Shown one piece after another: positions 20,914 to 30,393 of a stretch of 64,000 bases of DNA (position 1 is the stretch's first letter; each line of letters opens with the position of its first letter). The position numbers were made by a program, and so were the translations under genes. Below the pieces are notes generated by a model. The model was not told where the DNA came from. It saw nothing but the letters and a program-made list of their open reading frames with translations, and did no database searches. Where the stretch lies: positions 474 to 64,473 of the IMG/VR virus record IMGVR_UViG_3300027762_000009. The stretch is one strand, 5' to 3'. The stretch is from a virus. Its lineage: Duplodnaviria; Caudoviricetes.

Positions 20914-20963
20914 ATGTCCTCTGTATTTCCTCGGGCTTGGAACCGACCTCGGCTACATTACAT
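20914..20963 (-). ncRNA. Twister self-cleaving ribozyme (type P1)
   Basis: RNA AUG-UAA-UGUA-GC-CGAGG-UCGG-UUCCAAGC-CCGA-GGAAA-UACA-GAGGA-CAU maps element by element onto the twister consensus (P1, UAA cleavage site, P2, P4 loop AAGC, GAGG). Confidence 0.85.
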
Positions 20964-21019
20964 AGAGGAATGAGTTTGATGATAGGAAGCCGCGCGAACT
21001 CATCCCTCTCTCTATTATC

Positions 21020-21277
21020 CTAATCTATTGAAACGATATACTTCTCTAAAATTATCTTTTCAATTCTTTGTCTAACTGCACTGTTGATAGGATGTGCTAC
21101 ATCTCTATATTCTCCTTCTGGCGTTTGTCTGTTAGGCATTGATATAAATAACTCTCCATTATTTTCAATTATCTTAATATCACGTACTACAAATTCATTA
21201 TCAATTGAAATAGATACCACTGCCTTCATTTTATGCCCATTTTCTATTTTCCTGATTCGTACATCTGTAATTTCCAT
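21020..21277 (-). CDS. spoVG: SpoVG family regulator
   Basis: [46 protein letters not shown]. Confidence 0.93.
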   Translation of the reverse strand: MEITDVRIRKIENGHKMKAVVSISIDNEFVVRDIKIIENNGELFISMPNRQTPEGEYRDVAHPINSAVRQRIEKIILEKYIVSID

Positions 21278-21278
21278 T

Positions 21279-21515
21279 TTATTGACCTCCTCTACGTATT
21301 TGGTATGCTCGCTTTACTGCTTTGAATTCTGGATCATTTAACTTTAAATCACATACGCAAGTCAATGCAAATGCAAGACCCTTCATTTCATATTGGAGCG
21401 ACATAAATCTTTCTGACTTCCTTGTAGGATCTAAACTCCTTTGTATCTCTATCAGGACATTCAGTCGTTCATGAATACGCTCTTTTGCATTTTGACCCGC
21501 TACATATTTTCTCAC
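21279..21515 (-). CDS. Hypothetical protein
   Basis: ORF with RBS GGAGG in a tight operon. Confidence 0.55.
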   Translation of the reverse strand: MRKYVAGQNAKERIHERLNVLIEIQRSLDPTRKSERFMSLQYEMKGLAFALTCVCDLKLNDPEFKAVKRAYQIRRGGQ

Positions 21516-21690
21516 GCATGTCTTCCTCCTTTGCCTGTTTCGTTAAAGTATCAACGAGTACTTGAGCGGTAGCCATACGGGCTATAGCATAGTCTATTAA
21601 ATGCTCTTCTGCAATACTAAAGTACGATTGTGCTTGTTGTAATTCTTTAATAGCTTCTTGTAATCCTTCTTTAATGCTTACTTTACGCAC
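21469..21690 (-). CDS. DUF2508/YaaL-like small protein
   Basis: EAIKELQQAQSYFS.AEEHLIDYAI..M..A resembles the YaaL pattern. Confidence 0.5.
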   Translation of the reverse strand: MRKVSIKEGLQEAIKELQQAQSYFSIAEEHLIDYAIARMATAQVLVDTLTKQAKEEDMREKICSGSKCKRAYS

Positions 21691-21912
21691 CTAAATTCCT
21701 CCCCTCTTGTTCCAATATTCTATTTCGACATATAAAATTAAAAGTAATACTATACTTAATATAGGTATCCATAAAAAAGAGAATACCCATAACCAAGTCC
21801 AGGTAATAATATTACCCAATTTTAAGCCTATAAAAACTATTTGTAATAAACCAAGCAAAAGACATAGTATAGCGCCACAACCCCTTCTTGGATTATCATC
21901 ATTATCATACAT
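21691..21912 (-). CDS. Small membrane protein
   Basis: LQIVFIGLKLGNIITWTWLWVFSFLWI, a common phage membrane-protein motif. Confidence 0.7.
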   Translation of the reverse strand: MYDNDDNPRRGCGAILCLLLGLLQIVFIGLKLGNIITWTWLWVFSFLWIPILSIVLLLILYVEIEYWNKRGGI

Positions 21913-21914
21913 AT

Positions 21915-22184
21915 TTATTCCTCCAACATCTTTAATAAATTAAAAATACCTCTACCTTTTTGTTTAGTACTCGGATAACCCTTCCCCAAACACCAATATC
22001 CTGTACTTGGCCAGAAATGATAATTTATTCCTGTTTTAGAATAGACACGTACAAAACCATTTACACCTTCTTCAAAACGTATATCATTCTGTATTAACTT
22101 TTGTATGGATGCATCATAATTACGTTTTTTCTTGTCCCTAGAATATTCACGCATAACTTTAAAAGTTTCAGATGAGCTACTCAT
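21915..22184 (-). CDS. Hypothetical protein
   Basis: FWPSTG..GRGI..LL motif typical of small phage proteins. Confidence 0.65.
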   Translation of the reverse strand: MSSSSETFKVMREYSRDKKKRNYDASIQKLIQNDIRFEEGVNGFVRVYSKTGINYHFWPSTGYWCLGKGYPSTKQKGRGIFNLLKMLEE

Positions 22185-22672
22185 AAGATATCTTCACCTC
22201 TTTTGTAAAATAACAAAAAATATAGTCCATGCCTTATAGCATCACGTGAATGCTTCATACCCTCTTTCCAAAAACCCCATTCTTTTAATTTTCGATCAGT
22301 TACGAATGCTTTTGCTTGAGAAGCCATTTGATATTGCACTGGCCTATGATGCTTCCAACAATGATAATCTATAGCACCAATTAATCTTAAAGTAGGTATT
22401 GCACTAAAACTATGTCTATCTAATTTATGTTGGTATACTCTGTAATTTTCACATACTACGAAGTCATGTTCTTGACTCATTAATATTTCTTCTAAGTTAT
22501 TCCAAAGTAAATCATCTTTGTTTACGGTCGCAGTCTGTCCCCAACTAGTTAATTTAGACCCATGAAAAATAGCATATCCAGTTGTTTCACCTGGATCTAA
22601 ACATAATAAACTAACTGGTACCTTATCATCTTTACGTGAGAGATTAAATAATTCTTCCCATTTAATCGACAT
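22181..22672 (-). CDS. RuvC-like Holliday junction resolvase
   Basis: LCLDPGETTGYA, VVCENY, HSRDAIRH (RNase H fold acidic residues). Confidence 0.8.
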   Translation of the reverse strand: MSIKWEELFNLSRKDDKVPVSLLCLDPGETTGYAIFHGSKLTSWGQTATVNKDDLLWNNLEEILMSQEHDFVVCENYRVYQHKLDRHSFSAIPTLRLIGAIDYHCWKHHRPVQYQMASQAKAFVTDRKLKEWGFWKEGMKHSRDAIRHGLYFLLFYKRGEDIL

Positions 22673-23366
22673 AATATCCCATCTCCTCACACTTTTCTTT
22701 AATTTTTTGTATTACCCTTTGATGTCTTGTTCTTACATTTTGTATAGACATTCCTAAAATATCCGCCATTTGACTCATATTAAAGCGGGTTTTTTGTGAT
22801 ACTTCTCTAGCAGACTCAGACAAATAACGTAATTCAAGCAAAGTCCATTTCTCTAAATCAATCTTAGTATTTTGTCCCTTAGTTGCATTAGCTATCTCCT
22901 TTATGCAAGGTTGAATTACCACATCAAATAAACTAACCAAATCATTCTCTTCAATAATATTATTGAACTGTTCTTCGGAAAGTAAATCAGCAACAAGATC
23001 TGCATTACTAATTTCATGGCCATCTACTAATATAAATGCATTAAGATATACCATCTTATCATTCAATATATTTTCGATCAATGTAGATGCATATCTATGT
23101 TGCCTATGCAATTCCCGTTCAATACAAAAACATGCGTAGGATGCAAAAGGCACCCCACGCTCTTCTTTGAATGTATCAACCGCAACTATTAACCCCATAC
23201 AGCCTGCTTGATACTGATCATCAGAATAAGGTCTCCATTTCTTTAACACATGGGAAACTAACTTCAAATTTTCTTCAACTATCGTATTACGATATAACAG
23301 TGCCTTTTCTTCTTCAGCCTTCATCCTTCTAAATAAATTCAATGTTCTTTCCTGGTGCAAATTCAT
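22662..23366 (-). CDS. RNA polymerase sigma factor (sporulation sigK/sigE-like region 2)
   Basis: IVEENLKLVSHVLKK, DDQYQAGCMGLIVAVDTF, FASYACFCIERE; C-terminal HTH MSQMADILGMSIQNVR. Confidence 0.88.
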   Translation of the reverse strand: MNLHQERTLNLFRRMKAEEEKALLYRNTIVEENLKLVSHVLKKWRPYSDDQYQAGCMGLIVAVDTFKEERGVPFASYACFCIERELHRQHRYASTLIENILNDKMVYLNAFILVDGHEISNADLVADLLSEEQFNNIIEENDLVSLFDVVIQPCIKEIANATKGQNTKIDLEKWTLLELRYLSESAREVSQKTRFNMSQMADILGMSIQNVRTRHQRVIQKIKEKCEEMGYYVD

Positions 23367-23392
23367 AATAGATTCCCGCCTCCTCCGTATAA

Positions 23393-23629
23393 TTACTTGT
23401 GCCGTATCCAAATTAAAGATATTTCTGCCAATAATGCCATTAAATCATTATCAATCGAATCTGCAAATTGATCCGCAATCAAATCCAGTTGATTGGATAA
23501 AGCTGCTAAACGATTTATCTGTACCTCCTTAAGATAAATTAAATGAAATTCATTTAAACAAAAATCATCTAACATATCCGCCAATTTTGTTGCCTCTTGC
23601 CATGATAGTTTCGCTTTAGTATTTTCCAT
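23393..23629 (-). CDS. Hypothetical protein
   Basis: ORF with RBS, downstream of a promoter-like AT-rich tract. Confidence 0.55.
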   Translation of the reverse strand: MENTKAKLSWQEATKLADMLDDFCLNEFHLIYLKEVQINRLAALSNQLDLIADQFADSIDNDLMALLAEISLIWIRHK

Positions 23630-23725
23630 AAAGAACCCCCTTCCTAAGGAACTAAAATTTAAAAAGTTATCTATTAATATTATATCATAAAAATATAAAA
23701 AATAACAGCTATTTTGAAAAAAATA

Positions 23726-24472
23726 TTAAGAAAAAAGTTCTGGATGACTATCAACATATTTCTCAGCCTTTTTTATTACTTCTTCAACTTGTTGCGCAGA
23801 TAAATTTCGTGCATCTTTCTCTTTACGTAAATTACAAAGGGTGTGTGTGCACGCAATATTGGTAAAACAATCGCTTCCGCCCAACACCACTGGTACGACA
23901 TGGTCTAATTGTAAATTCTTTAGTACTGTAATTGATTCACCACAAAGATAACATATAGGATGTTCACCTACTCTATCCCTATCAATAACCCAATCTCTTT
24001 CATATTTGATTCCTTTATTAGTAGCTAATAATTGTCGTCTTTTTTTGTGTGCCTTTCTCATTACTTTTTTACCTACTTTAGAATTATTATACTTTTTTTG
24101 TTTTTCCAATATAGTTTCTTTATTTTTCTGATAGTATTGTCGTCCTACTTCTTGCTTTCTTTCCTTATTTTGTTCATAATACTGCTTATAATCACGTTTA
24201 TGTTTAGTTCTTTCATAAGATAATTGTGCCGTATTCTTTTGACACTGTTTGCAATTACCTGTACATTTATTCTTGGCATTGTTATTAACATTAAATAGGT
24301 AAAATTTCAATATTTGATGACAGCGTCCACATCTTTTGTAGCCCTCAGGAATTTCTGCATTTTCTGTTAATTCTAGAAAATCAGGGGACTGTAAATAAGC
24401 ATCATTGTTGAGTACAATTTCCGCAATTTCAAGTCGCTTTAATTGTTTTGCTTGTTCTTCTGTATAATGCAC
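23726..24472 (-). CDS. HNH endonuclease
   Basis: N-terminal CxxC Zn motifs; CYLCG..QLDHVVPVVLGGSD..NIACTHTLCN. Confidence 0.9.
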   Translation of the reverse strand: MHYTEEQAKQLKRLEIAEIVLNNDAYLQSPDFLELTENAEIPEGYKRCGRCHQILKFYLFNVNNNAKNKCTGNCKQCQKNTAQLSYERTKHKRDYKQYYEQNKERKQEVGRQYYQKNKETILEKQKKYNNSKVGKKVMRKAHKKRRQLLATNKGIKYERDWVIDRDRVGEHPICYLCGESITVLKNLQLDHVVPVVLGGSDCFTNIACTHTLCNLRKEKDARNLSAQQVEEVIKKAEKYVDSHPELFS

Positions 24473-24583
24473 ATGCTTATCCTCCTATACTATTATTCTC
24501 TCCGCATATACGTCAAAATATAGCTGGCCCTTATGAACCAGCTATATTTAAAAGAAACAATATTATAAAAATTAATTTATTAT

Positions 24584-25429
24584 TTATTCTGTAACTTCTG
24601 TTTCTGTTATCTTGTCGGCTTCATCTGATTTAATTTGCATACCCTCAAGAACTTTAAGCGCATTAGTAAGTAAATCAGGATTTTCCACAGCATCAATGAA
24701 TTTTTCAAGTGCTTTAACGGCGTCAACAAATTTTTCTTCTATTGTTTTCATCTTCTTAGTTGCTTGCCATACTACTGAATATTCAACACCAAGTTCTTTA
24801 GCAATGTCTCCTTTGGTAACACCTTCAGCAACTCTTTTACGAATATATTCACTTCTTGAAATTTTTGTACCATCTACAAGTTCAACTTCATATTTTTGTC
24901 TTGTACCATCAGCATCTTTAGTTAATCCATAAACAACTCCATAAGAAAGGTCAAGCATTTTTGCTATATCCCCACGACTAAGGCCTGCTTCAATTTGTCT
25001 CTTGATCCATTCATTTCTATCACTTTCCATAGTATCAGGAACTCCGGCTCCCTCAGGTTGTTCTTCTCCATTAATAAAAACTTTACCATCTTTAACGAAA
25101 AGAACTTTGTCTTCTTCCGTAATTTGGATTTTACTAAAAGTAACTCCTCTTCCTCTTGAAGTAGGTTCCGCTTCATTTTCCATGTTTACAGTTGCACCAT
25201 AAACAGTTCTATAAGGAATTGCATAATCTTCAGAAATCTGTTTTCGGCTTTTATTAAATGAAGAAAATTGTTCTCTGATGAAAGCACTTTTGGAACATAG
25301 AGTTCCATCTGCTAATCTCCACTCCTGTTCTTGTGTATCTTCTTCAACTGTAGGTACTTCTGTGTCTAATATCTCGTTGTTGTTCATTTCGTCCATTGTT
25401 TCTTCCTCCTGATTAAAATATTCGTTCAT
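24584..25429 (-). CDS. DNA-binding protein with three tandem HTH repeats
   Basis: Repeats SKSAFIRE..SRKQIS..IPYRTVY / DRNEWIKR..SRGDIAK..LSYGVVY / SRSEYIRK..TKGDIAK..VEYSVVW. Confidence 0.75.
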   Translation of the reverse strand: MNEYFNQEEETMDEMNNNEILDTEVPTVEEDTQEQEWRLADGTLCSKSAFIREQFSSFNKSRKQISEDYAIPYRTVYGATVNMENEAEPTSRGRGVTFSKIQITEEDKVLFVKDGKVFINGEEQPEGAGVPDTMESDRNEWIKRQIEAGLSRGDIAKMLDLSYGVVYGLTKDADGTRQKYEVELVDGTKISRSEYIRKRVAEGVTKGDIAKELGVEYSVVWQATKKMKTIEEKFVDAVKALEKFIDAVENPDLLTNALKVLEGMQIKSDEADKITETEVTE

Positions 25430-25468
25430 GATTCTTCCTCCTTCTAGATTGTAATTAATTTATAATTG

Positions 25469-25508
25469 TTATATTAATATAATATTAAAATAAAAAAGAT
25501 TATTAACG
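25469..25508 (-). promoter_or_regulatory. Phage-specific promoter, copy 3
   Basis: CGTTAATAATCTTT-N10-TATTATATTAATATAA. Confidence 0.75.
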
Positions 25509-25683
25509 ACGAAAATCAAAAAAAATTTAAAAGACCCCTATTTGAAATTTAACCATAAATGTGTGTAGCCTGAAAGAAGGACGCCGGTAGCATCTTATGC
25601 CCTTCTCTTATAAACCTTTTGTATAAATTATGCTTCCTTCAGGTATTAATTAATTGTGGAGCCTTATTTTGAAGAAATTTCCC

Positions 25684-25723
25684 CGTTAATAATCTTTTTA
25701 TTTTTAATATTATAATAATATAA
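25684..25723 (+). promoter_or_regulatory. Phage-specific promoter, copy 4 (divergent from copy 3)
   Basis: CGTTAATAATCTTT-N10-TATTATAATAATATAA. Confidence 0.75.
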
Positions 25724-25784
25724 AAATATTTATCGTAATAATACTTTAAGTGAAGGGAAAATATTCATTAGAGGAGGTAAGTAC

Positions 25785-25964
25785 ATGTCACAAAATGATA
25801 AAAAACAGGGAAACAAAAAGAAAATGCTTGGCGGTTTCGTACCGGCGGAAATTTATTGGGCATTTAAAGAAATGGCTGCTATTAGAAAAGAATCAATGAC
25901 TGAAGCTTTAACTAATGCCATATTAATGTATATTGATGTAGAAGAAGAAAAAACACAAGAATAG
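25785..25964 (+). CDS. Ribbon-helix-helix-like small DNA-binding protein (59 aa, absent from the ORF track)
   Basis: RBS GAGGAGG; KKMLGGFVPAEIYWAFKEMAAIRKESMTEALTNAILMYI fits the strand-helix-helix RHH pattern. Confidence 0.7.
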   Translation: MSQNDKKQGNKKKMLGGFVPAEIYWAFKEMAAIRKESMTEALTNAILMYIDVEEEKTQE

Positions 25965-25973
25965 GAGAAATTT

Positions 25974-27008
25974 ATGGATATTACACAAGAAACTTTGTAT
26001 GGTTTGGTTTCAAAATTAGCTGTAATGAAACCTTTCTCTGTTAAGGAGGATAATACGAAACAGAAAATTAAATTAAATGAATTTTTTGCATCTAATGAGT
26101 ATATTGCTGAAGATAAAATAGATGGTTGTCATTATCTAATGGTAGCCTGTCGTTTCTTTAGTACAGAACATGTAGAAAAAACAAATAATTTCCCACATCT
26201 TAGAGATTTCTTTATTAAATTGGCGATGCCTAATCTTATTCTAGATGGAGAAATAAATTATCCTGGAAAGACTAGTCAATACTGCACTAGAGTAACCGGC
26301 GCAGATGCTTCTACGGCAGTATCTTTTCAAAATACTAACGGTCCTATTAATTATACTATTTGGGATATCTTAAGAACTCCTAAGGGTACTTGGTTAGTTA
26401 ATGAACCTTTATATAAGAGAAGACAAATACTTGAATATTGGTATGAACATTATGTCAAAGGTACTGTACTAGAATCCTATATAAAACTAACTAAATGGGT
26501 TGAATCAGATAAAATGTCTTTTAAAGAGGAAATCATTAATGGTGGTGGAGAAGGTATCATTTTAAAGAAAAAAAATAGCCTATACGTAATGGGTAAAAAA
26601 CCCGCCTGGATGTGGATAAAAATTAAAATACATGATACGGCCGATTTATTTATTACCGGATTTGAAAAACCTAAAGTAGAATATACTGGAAAGGACTATG
26701 ATGGATGGTCTTATTGGATGGATATTAATGGAATTACAACTCCCGTAACAAAATATCATTATTTGAATTGGATAGGTGCCATTGAATTATCTGCCTATGT
26801 TAATAACCAAATACACAAAGTTTGTACATGTTCAGGGATTACAGAAGAAGTAAGGAAAAATATTTCTGAAAATCCTGAAGCCTTTCTAAATAAGGTAGTT
26901 AAGATTTCTTATATGGAAAAAACAGAAGCAGGCATACCAAGACATCCAAGATTCGAAGAATTTCATGAGAGTAAAACAGCCCAAGAATGTACTTGGAATT
27001 TTGATTAA
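25974..27008 (+). CDS. ATP-dependent DNA ligase
   Basis: EDKIDG, ILDGEI, WDIL, EGIILK, WIKIK, C-terminal PRHPRF. Confidence 0.93.
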   Translation: MDITQETLYGLVSKLAVMKPFSVKEDNTKQKIKLNEFFASNEYIAEDKIDGCHYLMVACRFFSTEHVEKTNNFPHLRDFFIKLAMPNLILDGEINYPGKTSQYCTRVTGADASTAVSFQNTNGPINYTIWDILRTPKGTWLVNEPLYKRRQILEYWYEHYVKGTVLESYIKLTKWVESDKMSFKEEIINGGGEGIILKKKNSLYVMGKKPAWMWIKIKIHDTADLFITGFEKPKVEYTGKDYDGWSYWMDINGITTPVTKYHYLNWIGAIELSAYVNNQIHKVCTCSGITEEVRKNISENPEAFLNKVVKISYMEKTEAGIPRHPRFEEFHESKTAQECTWNFD

Positions 27009-27024
27009 ATAAGGAGGGAGCAAA

Positions 27025-29403
27025 ATGTTAAAAACAGCTAAAAAGTTAATACAATTAGGTCTCCCTATAATTCCATTATGTTCTCATAATCATGCTTATG
27101 CAACACCTAAACACATACAAATGTGTAAATGCGCTGGTAAATTACCTCTTATAAAAAACTGGACCTTAAAAACTATTACAACAGAAGAGGATTTAGATAA
27201 TTGGCATAAACAATTTAAAGAATTTAACATAGGCTTGCCATTAGGAAATGCGTCAGGGTATTGCGGTATTGATATAGATGGAGAACAAGGGGAATTATAC
27301 CTGCAACAGATGAGTGCTGGAGAGATCCCAGATACGTGGGAATTTTCAACAGGTGCAGGCAGGCGGCTACTTTATTTAATACCCACTGGTACGAAAACGA
27401 AGAAATTTAAAAAAGCTGATAAAGATGGAGGACACCAAGAGTGTGCTTTATTGTGTGAGGGGCAACAAACAGTATTACCACCATCGATACATTATACAGG
27501 AAAGAATTACGAATGGGTTGATGATCATAGTCCATGGGATATAGATTGTGCTGAAGCTCCTAAATGGTTAGTTGATTTAATTAAAATAGACGAACGTACC
27601 AGTGGGGTGGTTGACTTTAATTCAAATGAGTCCGCGTATGTTGACCCTCTTTCGGATTTAGATGCTGAATTTGAACAGGATTTAGACTTTGAAGATACTA
27701 CACCTCCTGGACTCATCTTAAGTGAGACCACTGTAAAGGGGCAGAAAGGTAAAACTGGTCATTCTATTACAGTTACCGAAGAGTTATTGACATCGCCTAT
27801 ACAGGAGGGGCAGCGCGACAATACCATGACAGCTATAGTAGGTCATTATTGTGCTAATCGTGATTTACGTCGTTTGGGTAAGGATATGATCTTGCAAGTG
27901 TGTCAAAATCATAATCTTAAATATTGTAATCCTCCCTTAGAGGCTATATCTATTGAACAAAAAGTAAATTATTTCTTTGAAATGGAACAAATGAAAGAAG
28001 CTAAGTTCAAAGATAATAAAAAAGATAAACCTCAATTTGAACCTTCAAGGATGGCTGAAGTAGTATATGCCCGCTTAAAAGAAGAAAAGTTATTATTACA
28101 TTTTGATCAACATTCAAAAATGTATTATTTTACCAAGCCTGAAAAAGGTCCTTGGCAATATTGTAGAAATATTACAATAATTAATAAACTAATACGTAAG
28201 TATATAATTAATCCTCAATATGGTCATTCTTCTTGGGATAAGCAAAGTTACATCGATGAAACACGTAAAGCTCTTGAAGAAATGTTTACGGATCCTTTTA
28301 GTATACATGATTTATTTGATATTGGAGCATATGCTAATAAATTGTGTCAGTATATAGTAGTTAATAATGGTATGTTAGATTGGAAAGAAGGGCAGATAAT
28401 TCCATGGGATTCAAATTATCATACCACAGTTTCCTTTGATGTAAATTATAATCCTACGGCGGATTGTCCGAGATTTGAAAAGTATTTAAAGGAATGGTTG
28501 CCTGATCCTAAGACACGTGCACTAATTCAAGAATATCTAGGTTATTGTCTAATCCCTAATACCAAGTTTAGGAAAGCTTTATTCTTATATGGTAAGGGAA
28601 AAAATGGTAAGTCTATGTTATTAGAATTTCTACAGCACTTCTTCGGTGAAAATAAGTCAGCTCTTTCATATGATGGGTTATTTACACGATTTGGTCCTGC
28701 TAATTTAAAAGGGAAGTTAATTAACATCTTTGACGATACAACAGTTTCTTTTGCTAAAGATACGGGAATAGCTAAGAATCTTATTGCCGGAGGTACGATC
28801 TCAGCCGAATTTAAGGGTAGAGATCATTTTGAATTTACCAATGTAGCAAGATTTATCTATAGTGCTCAGGAAACTCCTAGAACAGCAGATCATTCAGATG
28901 CTTGGTATGATAGGTGGTTTTTTATACAATTTCCTAATAAGTTTAGACCATCTAATCAAATGAAGATTGCTATAGAAACTGCTATGGAAGAGGAAAAAGA
29001 AGGTATCTTTAATTGGATGGTAAAGGGATTGAAACGATTAATGGAAAATGATAGCTTTACTGATAGTGTAGAAGTTGTAGATTCCTCAGTCCACTACAGA
29101 CAATCAAACGATGTGGTTGCTTCATTTATTGGTAACATGTGTTGCAATGATGTTAATCGTAAACCAACACCTATTAATACTTTATATAAATTGTATACTG
29201 TATGGGCAGAAAAAGAGGGTAATAGGTCTGTCAGTAAGAAAACTTTCATTGAAAGAACATTAAATCTAGGCTATGTTAAAAAGTCTATCATTATGGATAA
29301 ACAAGGAACTAAGGCTTGTTTCGAAGGATTATCTATTGATACGACTAGTGCCGCTTATACAGAAGATACCTTAGACTATGTACTTGCAATGCAGAGCTTA
29401 TAA
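27025..29403 (+). CDS. Bifunctional primase-polymerase / PriCT / D5-P4-type SF3 helicase
   Basis: NIGLPLG..GIDID, TVLPPSIH, EGQRDNTM, YGKGKNGKS, C-terminal winged helix. Confidence 0.92.
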   Translation: MLKTAKKLIQLGLPIIPLCSHNHAYATPKHIQMCKCAGKLPLIKNWTLKTITTEEDLDNWHKQFKEFNIGLPLGNASGYCGIDIDGEQGELYLQQMSAGEIPDTWEFSTGAGRRLLYLIPTGTKTKKFKKADKDGGHQECALLCEGQQTVLPPSIHYTGKNYEWVDDHSPWDIDCAEAPKWLVDLIKIDERTSGVVDFNSNESAYVDPLSDLDAEFEQDLDFEDTTPPGLILSETTVKGQKGKTGHSITVTEELLTSPIQEGQRDNTMTAIVGHYCANRDLRRLGKDMILQVCQNHNLKYCNPPLEAISIEQKVNYFFEMEQMKEAKFKDNKKDKPQFEPSRMAEVVYARLKEEKLLLHFDQHSKMYYFTKPEKGPWQYCRNITIINKLIRKYIINPQYGHSSWDKQSYIDETRKALEEMFTDPFSIHDLFDIGAYANKLCQYIVVNNGMLDWKEGQIIPWDSNYHTTVSFDVNYNPTADCPRFEKYLKEWLPDPKTRALIQEYLGYCLIPNTKFRKALFLYGKGKNGKSMLLEFLQHFFGENKSALSYDGLFTRFGPANLKGKLINIFDDTTVSFAKDTGIAKNLIAGGTISAEFKGRDHFEFTNVARFIYSAQETPRTADHSDAWYDRWFFIQFPNKFRPSNQMKIAIETAMEEEKEGIFNWMVKGLKRLMENDSFTDSVEVVDSSVHYRQSNDVVASFIGNMCCNDVNRKPTPINTLYKLYTVWAEKEGNRSVSKKTFIERTLNLGYVKKSIIMDKQGTKACFEGLSIDTTSAAYTEDTLDYVLAMQSL

Positions 29404-29419
29404 AGGGATTATTTCTCTC

Positions 29420-29448
29420 TTGAAATTTTTTCATATTTGTTATATAAT
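29420..29448 (+). promoter_or_regulatory. SigmaA-type promoter
   Basis: TTGAAA-17 bp-TATAAT. Confidence 0.7.
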
Positions 29449-29492
29449 ATTAGTATAAATAAACAAATAAAATTATTATAGGAGGTACCACT

Positions 29493-29876
29493 ATGACTAA
29501 GAATGAGCAAATGGACAAAATATTCAATACTGTTGGATTATCATATTTATCTAATCTTTATGAAGAAGCTAAACAAAATATCGAAGAAATGGATGAAGCT
29601 ACGGTAAATCAATATGCGGAAAAAATTACTTTAGAAGAATTGATTAAGGTATCTTTCAATAAAGCCAAGAAAATTGTTGAAGGTATGACATTAAAAAGAA
29701 GAATAAAAATGTTAAGTGAATTAGATGAACATCTTTTATACTTGTATCAAGAGACTAAAGGATATAATGATGCATTATTTGGCAAAGCTAGGTATGGTCC
29801 TAAAGAATTTCAAAAGATAATGGGTAAGATTAAACATTTAGAAATATTGCAAAATTGGTTATACGGAATAGATTAA
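29493..29876 (+). CDS. Hypothetical protein
   Basis: RBS GGAGG, downstream of a promoter. Confidence 0.65.
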   Translation: MTKNEQMDKIFNTVGLSYLSNLYEEAKQNIEEMDEATVNQYAEKITLEELIKVSFNKAKKIVEGMTLKRRIKMLSELDEHLLYLYQETKGYNDALFGKARYGPKEFQKIMGKIKHLEILQNWLYGID

Positions 29877-29900
29877 ATGTAAATATAAAGGAGGATAACA

Positions 29901-30188
29901 ATGTCTAAGTTAGATTGGGAACAATTATATTTCGGTAGATTAAGTCGCCAGGAAATACAACGGGCAGTTGTAGAAGAAGAATGGCAAATAGTTAGGATTA
30001 AGATGAAGGGTGTTGCCTTACAGATGAAGTATGACATGTTAAGACACTGGTTGATTAAAAATAAGTACTCAAGAAAAGCTAAGGTACAAGTAACAAATTA
30101 TGTAACAGCATTGAGTAGAGGGGGTTTGATTAAACCGGAACAGTATTTAGTAAAAACAAACGTACCAGTGGTGGGGCAAGACGCATAG
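29901..30188 (+). CDS. Hypothetical protein
   Basis: RBS GGAGG; conserved-looking QVTNYVTALSRGGLI. Confidence 0.65.
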   Translation: MSKLDWEQLYFGRLSRQEIQRAVVEEEWQIVRIKMKGVALQMKYDMLRHWLIKNKYSRKAKVQVTNYVTALSRGGLIKPEQYLVKTNVPVVGQDA

Positions 30189-30327
30189 CCGTTTAGAAAG
30201 CCCTATTTGGAATTACACCCAACTGGTACGATGCCAAGAGCTCGCCTCAAACGATAGGGGTGGGCTTTCTTAGGCGATATTGTCGGGATACTTGATTTAA
30301 AATATTTTGATTTCCCGAAGAAAAAGT

Positions 30328-30367
30328 CGTTAAAAATCTTTCAGAGACAACTATTATAATAATATAA
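30328..30367 (+). promoter_or_regulatory. Phage-specific promoter, copy 5
   Basis: CGTTAAAAATCTTT-N10-TATTATAATAATATAA. Confidence 0.72.
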
Positions 30368-30393
30368 GCAAAACTAAAAGGAGGAATTGATTT

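Noticed and set aside
25559-25643. Imperfect inverted repeat between the divergent promoters
   Set aside because: Outside both predicted transcripts with weak pairing; could be an operator but unsupported
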